Assembly (NCBI GenBank): GCA_027460535.1
Contig: JAPZAR010000027.1
Coordinates: forward strand, 210,001 to 242,000
From: Candidatus Methanoperedens sp.
GTDB taxonomy: Archaea; Halobacteriota; Methanosarcinia; Methanosarcinales; Methanoperedenaceae
Reading direction: 5' to 3'
Length of the DNA stretch: 32,000 nt
The position numbers and the translations under genes are program-made. Of this stretch, positions 15,633 through 23,954 are shown piece by piece. Position 1 is the first letter of the stretch. Each line of letters begins with the position of its first letter. The notes below the pieces were generated by a model, which did no database searches, was not told the DNA's origin, and saw only the letters and a program-made list of their open reading frames with translations.

Positions 15633-16843
15633 CAGAGCGCCTCCATAAGTCTTGCCAGGATCTGCTCATCGCTTGGATGATCGCTTTCAAGGATCTTCGA
15701 AAGCTCATTCACTTTTCCATCCATCCTTACCGCAGTACCTGCGGCCTCGATTCCCGACGCCGCGCACGGGATGGTCACTGCTGCTATTTTTGATGTCATT
15801 GTGACGCACGGGTCGATGCATATCACGGGTATGGATGCAAGATGAGATAACAGGGAACGCGGAAGGCTCGAGAGCGGGTCAGAACCCACCACAAGAAGTG
15901 CATCGATGCTTTTTGCGCGCAGCGCCTCTACAATAGAATATTTGTTGCTTTGGTTCGCCACTCCATCGAACTTAACCCTGTTCACAAATCCTGTCTCCCT
16001 GAACAGCGCTTCGTTGAAGCCGCGCATGTTGTAATGCCCTACCATGGGCATGATATTGAAATTTGGAAGCCTGTCTGCCAGGGTAACCAAAATATCAAAG
16101 TCATTTTTTATGGAATAGGTAAGCCCGATCCCAACGAATATCACACCGAACTCCGCTTTTTTAAATATACTTGCAAGTTCAAGCATTTTCTTTGGCTCGT
16201 ATGACGGCACCTTCCCGGAAAGCGCATCCATCAACGCAAGAATGAACTCCCTGTCGCCCTTTGGAGGTATCCTGTAAAAATGCCCCTTGCATATCTTTGC
16301 AGTATTGGACTCGCGCACATCGATCGCTACCGCAAGCCTGTCCTCCTCGTACCCTCGCTGGCGCATCTGGCCGCGTGGAAAATATGAAAATCTCGATAGA
16401 TGCCGCGGCTCTGAATCCTGTGCGTCTGAACCCCAGTACACCAGAACATCCGCTTTATCCCTCACATCTTCAAGCGAGCATGTCCTGAACTTTTTCTGGA
16501 GAACCTTTTCAATCAGGATGCCCTGGCAGAATGATGATGTGTCGTCCAGCATTGCACCCATTTTTTTCGCAAGCTGGATGCCTTTCATCTGTGCTTCGCA
16601 TGTAGAGTTGCTCCATCCGAAAAGCATGGGCGACCTGGCATCGCGCAGGAGCCCCACAGCTTTTTTTATTGAAGCATCGATATCGGCGGGCTTTTGATCG
16701 ATGGACGGCGCAAGCCTGTTCATGCAGCCTTTCATCCTCGCGGAGCCGCGCCTGCAGGTATTGTGCGTCTCTTTTATCCTGTTGTTCTCTACGATGACCT
16801 CAATATCATCGCATAACAGTGCGCATCCCGGGCATGTCACCAT
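15632..16843 (-). CDS. fwdB: Formylmethanofuran dehydrogenase subunit B (Mo/W-bis-pterin, formate-dehydrogenase-like catalytic subunit)
   Basis: The N-terminal Fe-S motif is MVTCPGCALLCDDIEV ... HNTC. The probable metal-ligand Cys sits in WSNSTCEAQMKG. A molybdopterin-oxidoreductase body follows. ATG 16843 is preceded by GGTG; the longer track ORF (to 16933) would overlap the upstream gene. Confidence 0.9.
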   Translation of the reverse strand: MVTCPGCALLCDDIEVIVENNRIKETHNTCRRGSARMKGCMNRLAPSIDQKPADIDASIKKAVGLLRDARSPMLFGWSNSTCEAQMKGIQLAKKMGAMLDDTSSFCQGILIEKVLQKKFRTCSLEDVRDKADVLVYWGSDAQDSEPRHLSRFSYFPRGQMRQRGYEEDRLAVAIDVRESNTAKICKGHFYRIPPKGDREFILALMDALSGKVPSYEPKKMLELASIFKKAEFGVIFVGIGLTYSIKNDFDILVTLADRLPNFNIMPMVGHYNMRGFNEALFRETGFVNRVKFDGVANQSNKYSIVEALRAKSIDALLVVGSDPLSSLPRSLLSHLASIPVICIDPCVTMTSKIAAVTIPCAASGIEAAGTAVRMDGKVNELSKILESDHPSDEQILARLMEAL

Positions 16844-16851
16844 AATAACAC

Positions 16852-17310
16852 CTAAACGAACTCTATGGCGCCAACGGGACATGGGTCTATGCAGGCGTAG
16901 CAGAGCACCCTGTTCTTCCCGAAGCGACGGCATTCCTTGATATTGGAGGCGACCACCTTGCCATCAATCACCCTGAATATCACCTTATCGTTGGTCGGGG
17001 CGTGCCCTACTGCTGCGCCTTTCGGGTCGTTCGCTACATCCACGGGGCACGCGACCACGCAATTGCCGCAGCCCGTGCAGAGTTCGGGATGCACTATCAT
17101 ACCGGTTTCCTCTGCCCCCGCGGAAGGTAAAAGAAGTGCCTCGAGCCGTTCTCTCTGTTTTTTGAAATCCTCAGAAAGTATGGGGGTGCATTCCATTATT
17201 TTCCTTTTTCTTGACAGTAATGCAACAGAAAAAGCCATACATGTAGATTCACCGCATATCTTACAGTTCGTTCTTGGCAAGAGCTGGTAAAGCTCCATTA
17301 CTGAGGGCAT
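16852..17310 (-). CDS. Fe-S protein: RnfB/CFeSP-type N-terminal [4Fe-4S] domain fused to a 2x[4Fe-4S] ferredoxin domain; first gene of the fwdBD operon
   Basis: The N-terminus has C-x2-C-x4-C-x16-C (LPRTNCKICGESTCMAFSVALLSRKRKIMEC). This is followed by CTGCGNCVVACP and CRRFGKNRVLCYACIDPCP. The gene ends 8 nt before the fwdB start. Confidence 0.7.
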   Translation of the reverse strand: MPSVMELYQLLPRTNCKICGESTCMAFSVALLSRKRKIMECTPILSEDFKKQRERLEALLLPSAGAEETGMIVHPELCTGCGNCVVACPVDVANDPKGAAVGHAPTNDKVIFRVIDGKVVASNIKECRRFGKNRVLCYACIDPCPVGAIEFV

Positions 17311-17595
17311 GAACCGGGGGATTGGTTTTGTAACGGATAAATGTTATGATTTTATGGAAGTCAAGGAATATTTCCCAAAAAAAAGCGGGGGTTTTTTGCT
17401 GGCGTCGAGGAGGAACAATATTGCTAAATTTTTAAAAATCCGAATAATAAAATCCCAAAATCGGTCGCCTCTTTTGATATTACAATCACTGAGACCGGGT
17501 TCGTGAAGAGCGAGAAGAGAATGGGATTTTCGATTTGCGATGCCAACGCCAATATTTAATAGATGCAACTACATAAGAATGAGCAGGTGTTTCAA

Positions 17596-18489
17596 ATGAG
17601 AAAATGGTACAGTGATTACGGACTTGCAGCCCGCATGATGCTGACAATGTTCCTGCTTGCGGCGGTATATCTGATCTTTCTTGTTATTTTAGCGACCTTC
17701 GGCGGGGTCGATACAACAGGTTTGATTTTTATCGCAGCGATCTTCATGCTAATACAGTTTTTCTTTTCCGATAAGCTCGTGCTCTGGAGCATGGGTGCGC
17801 GTATCGTCACCGAGCAGGAGGAACCGCGCCTTCATGAAACAATATCGAGGCTCTGCGCCATCGCAGACCTGCCCAAGCCAAAGATCGCTATCGTTGAAAG
17901 CAGTGTTCCCAATGCATTCGCTACAGGAAGGGGCAAGAACAGCGCGGTTGTAGCCGTCACCACGTCTTTGAAGCAGAAATTAAGCCAGCCAGAGCTTGAA
18001 GCCGTGCTTGCCCACGAGCTGAGCCATGTTAAGAACCGTGACATGCTTGTCATCACCATCGCAAGCTTCCTTTCCACGGTCGCATTCTTCCTTGTGCGGT
18101 ACATGCTGTTTTTCGGAATGGGGGGCGGCAATCGTGACCGTGACAGGGGCGCCGGCGCCGCTATAATTATATGGATCGTCTCATTACTGGTATGGATAAT
18201 AAGTTTCCTTCTCATCCGCGCCCTTTCAAGGTACCGCGAGTTCGCCGCAGACAGGGGTTCCGCAATAATTACGGGTCAGCCTTCGCATCTTGCATCAGCC
18301 CTCATGGCTATCAGCGGTGTAATGGAACGCGTACCGGAGAAGGACCTGCGGGAAGTGGAGGGCATGAACGCTTTCTTCATCATCCCTGCGATATCAGGTG
18401 ATTCGGTCATGAATCTTTTCTCGACCCACCCCACGGTTGAGGCGCGCATAAGGGCACTTGAGGAAATGGAGCGCAAGATGGAGTTTTAG
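17596..18489 (+). CDS. htpX: Membrane zinc metalloprotease HtpX (peptidase M48)
   Basis: The HELSHVKNRD (HExxH) motif is present, with TM helices on both sides and the C-terminal block FSTHPTVEARIRAL. ATG 17596 is preceded by AGGTG at a 7-nt spacing; the track start is 17563. Confidence 0.9.
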   Translation: MRKWYSDYGLAARMMLTMFLLAAVYLIFLVILATFGGVDTTGLIFIAAIFMLIQFFFSDKLVLWSMGARIVTEQEEPRLHETISRLCAIADLPKPKIAIVESSVPNAFATGRGKNSAVVAVTTSLKQKLSQPELEAVLAHELSHVKNRDMLVITIASFLSTVAFFLVRYMLFFGMGGGNRDRDRGAGAAIIIWIVSLLVWIISFLLIRALSRYREFAADRGSAIITGQPSHLASALMAISGVMERVPEKDLREVEGMNAFFIIPAISGDSVMNLFSTHPTVEARIRALEEMERKMEF

Positions 18490-19050
18490 ATGGGATTCCT
18501 CGATTCCCTCCTGGGCAAAAGCAAGCTCCCAAAACCAAAAGCTGACAAGCTGTTTGCAATGTCCACAGCCTATATTACCCTGAATACCAGCCTGGGACTG
18601 AATTCGCAGGGCGCCGGAATATGTTTCAGGCCCCTGGAAGCCTCAAGGTTCGCAAGTGCCGAGATCGAGCTTCGGGAGTTGCTCCAGCAGAGCTGCAAGG
18701 AAACGAATACCCAGTACAGCATAAAGAAGGATTCATTCGGATACACCTGGGTCATTTTGAATGATACCGAATTCGAGGACCTTGTGACAACGCTGTACAT
18801 GGTGAGTGAGACCCTGAAGGAAAAAGACTTTGGTGAGCAGCTGTTATGCGCGGTTTTCAAATTCAGGGGAGAATCAGAGATTTTCTGGATCTATAATTTC
18901 AAGCAGGCAAAGTTTTACCCTTTTGCGCCCCTCCCTGATAAAAAAAGGGACTCCTCCTATGAGTTCAGGCTCCGTGCCATCATGGAAAAGGAACTGCCCA
19001 TCGAAAAGGACACGGAGCGGTGGTTCCCACTGTGGGATATTCCCATATGA
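18490..19050 (+). CDS. Conserved hypothetical protein, possibly the PspA-associated PspAB family
   Basis: The 186-aa product starts on the base after the htpX stop (TAGATG). The N-terminus, MGFLDSLLGKSKLPKPKADKLFAMSTAYITL, matches my recollection of PspAB-type proteins that neighbour htpX. This could not be verified without a search. Confidence 0.45.
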   Translation: MGFLDSLLGKSKLPKPKADKLFAMSTAYITLNTSLGLNSQGAGICFRPLEASRFASAEIELRELLQQSCKETNTQYSIKKDSFGYTWVILNDTEFEDLVTTLYMVSETLKEKDFGEQLLCAVFKFRGESEIFWIYNFKQAKFYPFAPLPDKKRDSSYEFRLRAIMEKELPIEKDTERWFPLWDIPI

Positions 19051-19054
19051 TTTT

Positions 19055-19456
19055 ATGGGCTGCATATTGTTCTTTGATGGTGCATGCAGGGGCAACCCCG
19101 GCCCTATGGCCATAGGTGCTGTTTTACTGGAAAACGGGAAGAAAGTAAAAGAACTCTCAAAAAAGCTGGGTAAAGGAACTAACAATATCGCGGAGTGGCG
19201 CGCGCTGATCGAAGGGCTGAAACTGGCAAGCAGCCATGGGTGCATGGAACTTGAGGTGCGTGGGGACAGCCAGCTGATCATCAAGCAGGTCACCGGGCAA
19301 TACATGGTCAAAAGCAAAAATCTCATGCCCTTATTTAATGAAGCGAAAAAATTGTGCGGGAATTTTGAAAAATTAGATTTCAGATGGGTAAAGAGGGAGG
19401 AGAACGCGTATACGGATGAGCTATCAAATATGGCTCTGGATTCCGCGATCGTTTGA
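19055..19456 (+). CDS. rnhA: Ribonuclease HI (type 1 RNase H, short archaeal form)
   Basis: The 133-aa product has the DEDD catalytic pattern: FFDGACRGNPGP, NNIAEWRAL, VRGDSQLI and AYTDELSN. The ATG is at 19055, 4 nt after the preceding stop. The longer track ORF from 18830 overlaps the upstream gene. Confidence 0.85.
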   Translation: MGCILFFDGACRGNPGPMAIGAVLLENGKKVKELSKKLGKGTNNIAEWRALIEGLKLASSHGCMELEVRGDSQLIIKQVTGQYMVKSKNLMPLFNEAKKLCGNFEKLDFRWVKREENAYTDELSNMALDSAIV

Positions 19457-19633
19457 ACCCAATACAAATGTAAATAATACTTTCCGGATGTTCTTTATTG
19501 ACACTGCTGACATCCGTTATGCAATTGTGCAGCTAGATTATCGTTGAGGTTGGCGGCAAATGCAAACCCAGTCCTTTTTTATTCGCCAACCATATTGATC
19601 TGCATCAGGCTGCCAAGTAAGAGAAGATATAAT

Positions 19634-20938
19634 ATGACATCTGTTAATTGTGCACCTATGTTCACGATAAAAGATCATCTTGAAATCCGGAATAATCACC
19701 TCATAATCGGCGGCGTGGATACCACAGAGATTGCAGAAAAATACGGGACTCCCTTATATGTCACAAACGAATCCCGCGTGATCGAGAATTTCCGCTCTTA
19801 CAGGAAAGCGTTCCCAGAAGCAGATATCTACTATGCCGCAAAAGCCAACGGCAGTTTGGCGATCCTGAGGATTCTCGCAAGGGAGGGAGCGGGTGCAGAT
19901 GTCTTCAGCTATGGGGAGCTGTATATGGCTCTCCTTGCTGGGATGCCTCGGGAAAATATCCTGTTCAATGGCAATTCAAAAACGGATTTTGAGCTTCAAA
20001 AAGCCTGCGAGACAGGAGTGAAAGTCTCTGTCGATTCGCGTGATGAACTGCATACCTTATCTGAGATAGCGGAAAGCTTTGGGAAAACCATTGAAATAGC
20101 ATTTCGTGTGAACCCGGATGTCTCCCCTAAGACCCATCCCAAGATCTCAACCGGGCTTCGCACTTCCAAATTCGGCATACCTTCCGATGAAGTGGTGGAT
20201 GTTTACCGCGAAGCCTCGGAACTTCCCGGGGTCTCGCCCTGCGGCATACACTGCCATATAGGCTCACAGATACTGGATACAGCCCCTTTTACCGAGGCTG
20301 CACAGAAAATGATGGACCTTGTTGAACAGGTGACCGCTCTGGGGATCGAACTCAAATTTGTAGATATGGGTTCGGGTCTGGGTATCCCTTACAGGAAGGA
20401 TGAAACTGCTCCCACCCCGCAAGACCATGCAGAAGCTATCCTCCCTGTGTTCAGGGAAAGAACCAGAGCACTTGGCATATCACCAAAACTTATTCTTGAG
20501 CCGGGGCGTTACATCGTGGGCGATACCACCATTCTTCTCATGCGTGTCAACACGGTGAAAAGAGCCGCTAAGAATTTTGTTGGCGTGGATGCGGGTTTTA
20601 ATCTCCTCGTTCGCCCGACGATGTACGACTCCTACCACCATGCAGTCGTGACAAACAAAGCCGCCTCGAAGCCTGTGGAAACATACACCATCGCAGGCCC
20701 CATATGTGAGACAGGTGACGTATTCGCAAAGGACAGGGGGCTTCCAATGGTGGAAAAAGGGGATATCATAGCACTGCTGGATGCCGGAGCATATGGGTTC
20801 AGCATGAGCAGCCAGTATAATGGAAGGCCAAGATGTGCGGAAATACTTGTAAAGGACGGAAAATCTGACATAATAAGGAGCGCCGAGGATGTGGGCGACC
20901 TGATAGGCAGGCAGAAGCTTCCCGGAAGGTTGATGTAA
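19634..20938 (+). CDS. lysA: Diaminopimelate decarboxylase
   Basis: The product is a PLP-dependent group IV decarboxylase. The supporting blocks are YYAAKANGSLAILR (PLP Lys), HCHIGSQ, EPGRYIVG, GPICETGD and DAGAYGFSMSSQYN. ATG 19634 is preferred over the track start at 19544. Confidence 0.9.
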   Translation: MTSVNCAPMFTIKDHLEIRNNHLIIGGVDTTEIAEKYGTPLYVTNESRVIENFRSYRKAFPEADIYYAAKANGSLAILRILAREGAGADVFSYGELYMALLAGMPRENILFNGNSKTDFELQKACETGVKVSVDSRDELHTLSEIAESFGKTIEIAFRVNPDVSPKTHPKISTGLRTSKFGIPSDEVVDVYREASELPGVSPCGIHCHIGSQILDTAPFTEAAQKMMDLVEQVTALGIELKFVDMGSGLGIPYRKDETAPTPQDHAEAILPVFRERTRALGISPKLILEPGRYIVGDTTILLMRVNTVKRAAKNFVGVDAGFNLLVRPTMYDSYHHAVVTNKAASKPVETYTIAGPICETGDVFAKDRGLPMVEKGDIIALLDAGAYGFSMSSQYNGRPRCAEILVKDGKSDIIRSAEDVGDLIGRQKLPGRLM

Positions 20939-21025
20939 AGATTATCTAGCCGGCGCATGGTTCAAATGGTAAGATATATCACCTATTGAAGTTCAATATT
21001 GTTTGAGTGGTAAACAGGTGAAAAT

Positions 21026-21520
21026 ATGACTACACAGGATAATTTGAAAGAGGCATTTGCCGGGGAATCGCAGGCGAACAGGAAATACCTTGGTTTTGCG
21101 GAAAAGGCAGACCAGGAGGGTTATCGCCAGGTCGCAAAGCTATTCCGTGCAGCCGCGGCCGCAGAGACCGTCCATGCTCTCAACCATCTGCGCGTAATGG
21201 GAGCTGTTGGCAAAACGGCAAATAACCTGAAGGATGCCATTGCGGGTGAGACTGCGGAGTTCAGGGAGATGTACCCTAAATTCATTGAGACTGCTAAAAA
21301 AGAGAAAGCATCTGACGCCGCTATCCTCAGCTTTGACGTGGCGAACAAGGTCGAAAAAATCCATGCCGGTCTTTATAAGAATGCCCTGGATAACCTCGGC
21401 AGGAACGAGGACGTGGATTACTATGTATGCTCAATCTGCGGCAACACCGTTGAAAAAGGCGCTCCTGACCGGTGCCCGATATGTAACGCTCCTAAAGAGA
21501 TGTTCAGGAAAGTGGATTGA
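21026..21520 (+). CDS. rbr: Rubrerythrin
   Basis: A four-helix di-iron domain (EAFAGESQANRKY, ETVHALNH, GETAEFREMYP, EKIHAGLY) is followed by a C-terminal rubredoxin-like CSICGN ... CPICNAP. AGGTGA lies 4 nt upstream of the ATG. Confidence 0.9.
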   Translation: MTTQDNLKEAFAGESQANRKYLGFAEKADQEGYRQVAKLFRAAAAAETVHALNHLRVMGAVGKTANNLKDAIAGETAEFREMYPKFIETAKKEKASDAAILSFDVANKVEKIHAGLYKNALDNLGRNEDVDYYVCSICGNTVEKGAPDRCPICNAPKEMFRKVD

Positions 21521-21529
21521 GGCAAGATT

Positions 21530-21961
21530 ATGGCAAAACTCGCGATAATATACGGGACAGGGTTCGGCAATACCGGCATCATGGCAAAAGCCATTGAGGA
21601 AGGGGCAAAGAAGGCAGGTATTGATGTCATGATCAAGAAAGTGGACGAGGCTTCACCGGCAGACGTGCAGAAGGCAGATGCAGTAGCAATAGGTTTGGCC
21701 ACCTACAAGGGTGCCGGGATGCCAACGGTCATCAAATACGTGGAAAGCCTGGCGAAAGTTCCGCTGAAAGGTAAGGTGGGAACCGCTTTCGGGTCATATG
21801 GATGGAGCGGTGAGGGACCGATAGTCATAACAAATATGCTCAAAGGTTATGGCATGAACGTGCTTGAGCCTCCGTTGAGGATAAAACGCATTCCTGAAGA
21901 AGAAGGCATAGAGGAGTGCAGGAAGCTGGGAAAACAGATTGCAGATAAGATAAAAAAATAA
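21530..21961 (+). CDS. Flavodoxin-family FMN protein
   Basis: The 143-aa product has KLAIIYGTGFGNTGIMA (the FMN phosphate-binding loop) and FGSYGWSGEG. It starts 9 nt after rubrerythrin. Confidence 0.75.
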   Translation: MAKLAIIYGTGFGNTGIMAKAIEEGAKKAGIDVMIKKVDEASPADVQKADAVAIGLATYKGAGMPTVIKYVESLAKVPLKGKVGTAFGSYGWSGEGPIVITNMLKGYGMNVLEPPLRIKRIPEEEGIEECRKLGKQIADKIKK

Positions 21962-22014
21962 TAAATATACCCATGGATATTAATAAGGGATTGGGGAACA
22001 TACTTGTATTCTGA

Positions 22015-22836
22015 ATGAAACCCCTGAAGAAAGAGCTGCTGGAGAAATGCAGGAGCCTGGGAATATCACTGGTGGGTATAGCTCCCGTAAAAAGATGGGA
22101 AGCCCCACCTGCTGAGCTTCCCAACGTGCTTTCACCCTGGATCCCGAGGGAATTCTGGCCGCATTCCATATACCCTGAAGCGAGAACCGTGATAGTTATA
22201 GGGCTGCCTGTGCCGCTGCCAATAGTTGAAACAGCGCCCTCGATATATTATCATGAACTTTACAAAACAGTGAATTCAATGCTTGATGCGAAAGCTTATG
22301 AAATAGCGAATTTCCTGGTCGAGAAAGGCTACGGCGCGATCTATCTTCCCAGGGATGCCTACGGGGACATAAAAATATTGATCGAAAAGCCGTTCGCATT
22401 TTTTTCGCACAAGCATGCCGCATACCTTGCCGGCATGGGATCTTTCGGGCAGAATAATGTTCTCCTGACACCGGAATACGGGCCAAGGGTGAGGTTCACA
22501 TCCATTTTCACTACCGCTGTAGTGGAGCCAGACGCTATTAAAATAAAGGATTTGTGCACGCGATGCCTTCTATGCGTTAAGAATTGCCCTGTGAGCGCAA
22601 TACCGGGAAAAGGGGATTTCCCTCCGCCTGTTGATAAGAAGCTCTGTGCGACAAGGAGTGCGGAACTGCGGGATGAATACCGCTCACCTTGCGGCATCTG
22701 CATCAAGGTCTGCCCCGTGGGGAAGGACAGGGAATTGTTCGGGCGCAAGAAAATGTCCATCTATTCAGATGATAAAAGATTTGAGAAATATCACAGGGCT
22801 TGGGAGCATGTAAGGAAATACGGGAGTAAAGTATAA
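22015..22836 (+). CDS. QueG/reductive-dehalogenase-like protein with a 2x[4Fe-4S] domain (epoxyqueuosine-reductase-like paralogue)
   Basis: The block SHKHAAYLAGMGSFGQNNVLLTPEYGPRVRFTSIFT resembles the QueG core. It is followed by CTRCLLCVKNCP and CGICIKVCPVG. Confidence 0.6.
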   Translation: MKPLKKELLEKCRSLGISLVGIAPVKRWEAPPAELPNVLSPWIPREFWPHSIYPEARTVIVIGLPVPLPIVETAPSIYYHELYKTVNSMLDAKAYEIANFLVEKGYGAIYLPRDAYGDIKILIEKPFAFFSHKHAAYLAGMGSFGQNNVLLTPEYGPRVRFTSIFTTAVVEPDAIKIKDLCTRCLLCVKNCPVSAIPGKGDFPPPVDKKLCATRSAELRDEYRSPCGICIKVCPVGKDRELFGRKKMSIYSDDKRFEKYHRAWEHVRKYGSKV

Positions 22837-22886
22837 CACCTCATGTATTCAAATATATTAAGATGCAAATAGATGAATAGAACATT

Positions 22887-23954
22887 ATGAATTTTAATAA
22901 GATGAAAGTAATACCGGTAGCCATTCTATTGATTTTATTTATGCTTGTTATTCCAGTTTCTGCAGGAGTTGAGATTACAAATTTTTTTTCTGATTTTACA
23001 AGCACCGATATTACTGTCAATTCCACCATGGACTTTCAGGGAAAAGCGGTCTTTGAGCTATTGTATGAAGGAAACCTTGTGGAATCCCATGAAATACCGG
23101 TTGAGGCAAAAGCCGGAAAATCCATATCCAAAGTAGTGATCTGGGAAGGAAAGCCCCAGTATGATTACTATACTGCAAAAGTTGGTTTATTCAATGACAG
23201 CAGACTCCTGGCCAGCAGTTCATATCAGGTATCCTATGGGACAGTCGCGCTACCTGCGTTTCATGTCGTGGATTTCTCGCCCACGAACAGAGGGGTACAA
23301 TTACTGCTCCAGCCTTTTAACCCGAGCGCCGTAGACATAAAAATAGAACTTATCGATAATAGCGACATCGTATACACAAAGACAACAGAAGACGTTTCTC
23401 TCGTACAGAACACCGAGATTGAATTGCTCTGGCCTTTCATGCTTGCCAACAACAAGCAATACACCGTCCGTGCAAAGATATTCACTCACAGGCTTTACGC
23501 GCCTCCCCTCACAAATACCTATATCGCATATTTTACGGCAGGTGATGATGTTGAGATACTTCCCGACGATGTCCAGGTAGATGAATATGGGGCCAGCGTA
23601 ACCCTTCGCGGTAAATCCCAGGTGCCTTTTGACGGGTCCATAGTCGTTTCTGCAAGGAACAGGGTAACAAACGAAACGCACATATTCCGCACGCAGGTTG
23701 AAGAGATACTTGTCTCGGGTAAAGAAGATACGGCCGGGGTTGTATGGAAAGGGCTTGAGCCGGGTACATATGATGTGGAGATACTGGCTGTTAACCAGGA
23801 AAACGCAACCGTAGATAAGTATGAAACTGCTGTGCGCATTCCCGAATACTCAAATGTTTCCAAAGCAGTATCTGCAAAGAGCACTCCCGGGTTCGAAGGG
23901 TTCCTTTTGATCCTGGCGCTGTTGACTGCCACGTGGAGAGGCAGGTATGTTTGA
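22887..23954 (+). CDS. Cell-surface protein with three tandem ~100-aa beta-sandwich-like domains and a PGF-CTERM-type anchor
   Basis: The signal peptide is MKVIPVAILLILFMLVIPVSAG. The C-terminus is KSTPGFEGFLLILALLTATWRGRYV: a PGF motif, a TM helix and a basic tail. There are three internally similar segments. The stop overlaps the next gene by 8 nt. Confidence 0.6.
   Translation: MNFNKMKVIPVAILLILFMLVIPVSAGVEITNFFSDFTSTDITVNSTMDFQGKAVFELLYEGNLVESHEIPVEAKAGKSISKVVIWEGKPQYDYYTAKVGLFNDSRLLASSSYQVSYGTVALPAFHVVDFSPTNRGVQLLLQPFNPSAVDIKIELIDNSDIVYTKTTEDVSLVQNTEIELLWPFMLANNKQYTVRAKIFTHRLYAPPLTNTYIAYFTAGDDVEILPDDVQVDEYGASVTLRGKSQVPFDGSIVVSARNRVTNETHIFRTQVEEILVSGKEDTAGVVWKGLEPGTYDVEILAVNQENATVDKYETAVRIPEYSNVSKAVSAKSTPGFEGFLLILALLTATWRGRYV

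Noticed and set aside
15632-16843. I checked for selenocysteine (TGA) or pyrrolysine (TAG) recoding in fwdB and elsewhere.
   Set aside because: fwdB is one uninterrupted frame with Cys at the expected ligand position (STCEAQ). No pair of adjacent same-frame ORFs separated by a single stop codon was seen in any gene of the window.
16844-16933. The supplied ORF track gives fwdB a 30-codon N-terminal extension (start at 16933).
   Set aside because: The extension overlaps the 3' end of the upstream Fe-S gene and encodes an Arg-rich non-conserved peptide. ATG 16843, preceded by GGTG, gives the canonical FwdB N-terminus MVTCPGCALLCDD.
17462-17497. A possible C/D-box sRNA: terminal complementarity CGGTC/GACCG encloses TTGATAT and CTGA.
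   Set aside because: The C-box does not match RUGAUGA. There is no second C'/D' pair, and the element is only about 36 nt long. It does not meet C/D-box criteria.
18830-19054. The track shows a long 5' extension of the RNase HI ORF (208-aa version).
   Set aside because: The extension overlaps the well-formed 186-aa gene in another frame and has low-complexity Ser-rich sequence. The RNase H fold begins at MGCILFFDGACRGNPGP (ATG 19055).
19457-19633. Possible riboswitch or leader structure upstream of lysA, based on inverted repeats CGGATGT/ACATCCG (19485-19516) and GTTGGCG/CGCCAAC.
   Set aside because: The stems are short with long unstructured loops. There is no resemblance to the L-box lysine riboswitch architecture as I recall it, and that class is bacterial. 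The first hairpin is more simply a weak terminator after rnhA.
21962-21985. There is a near-palindrome around CCATGG (ATATACCCATGGATATT) after the flavodoxin gene.
   Set aside because: The dyad is imperfect: mismatches appear right next to the 6-bp core. It is too short to be meaningful beyond a restriction-site-like palindrome.
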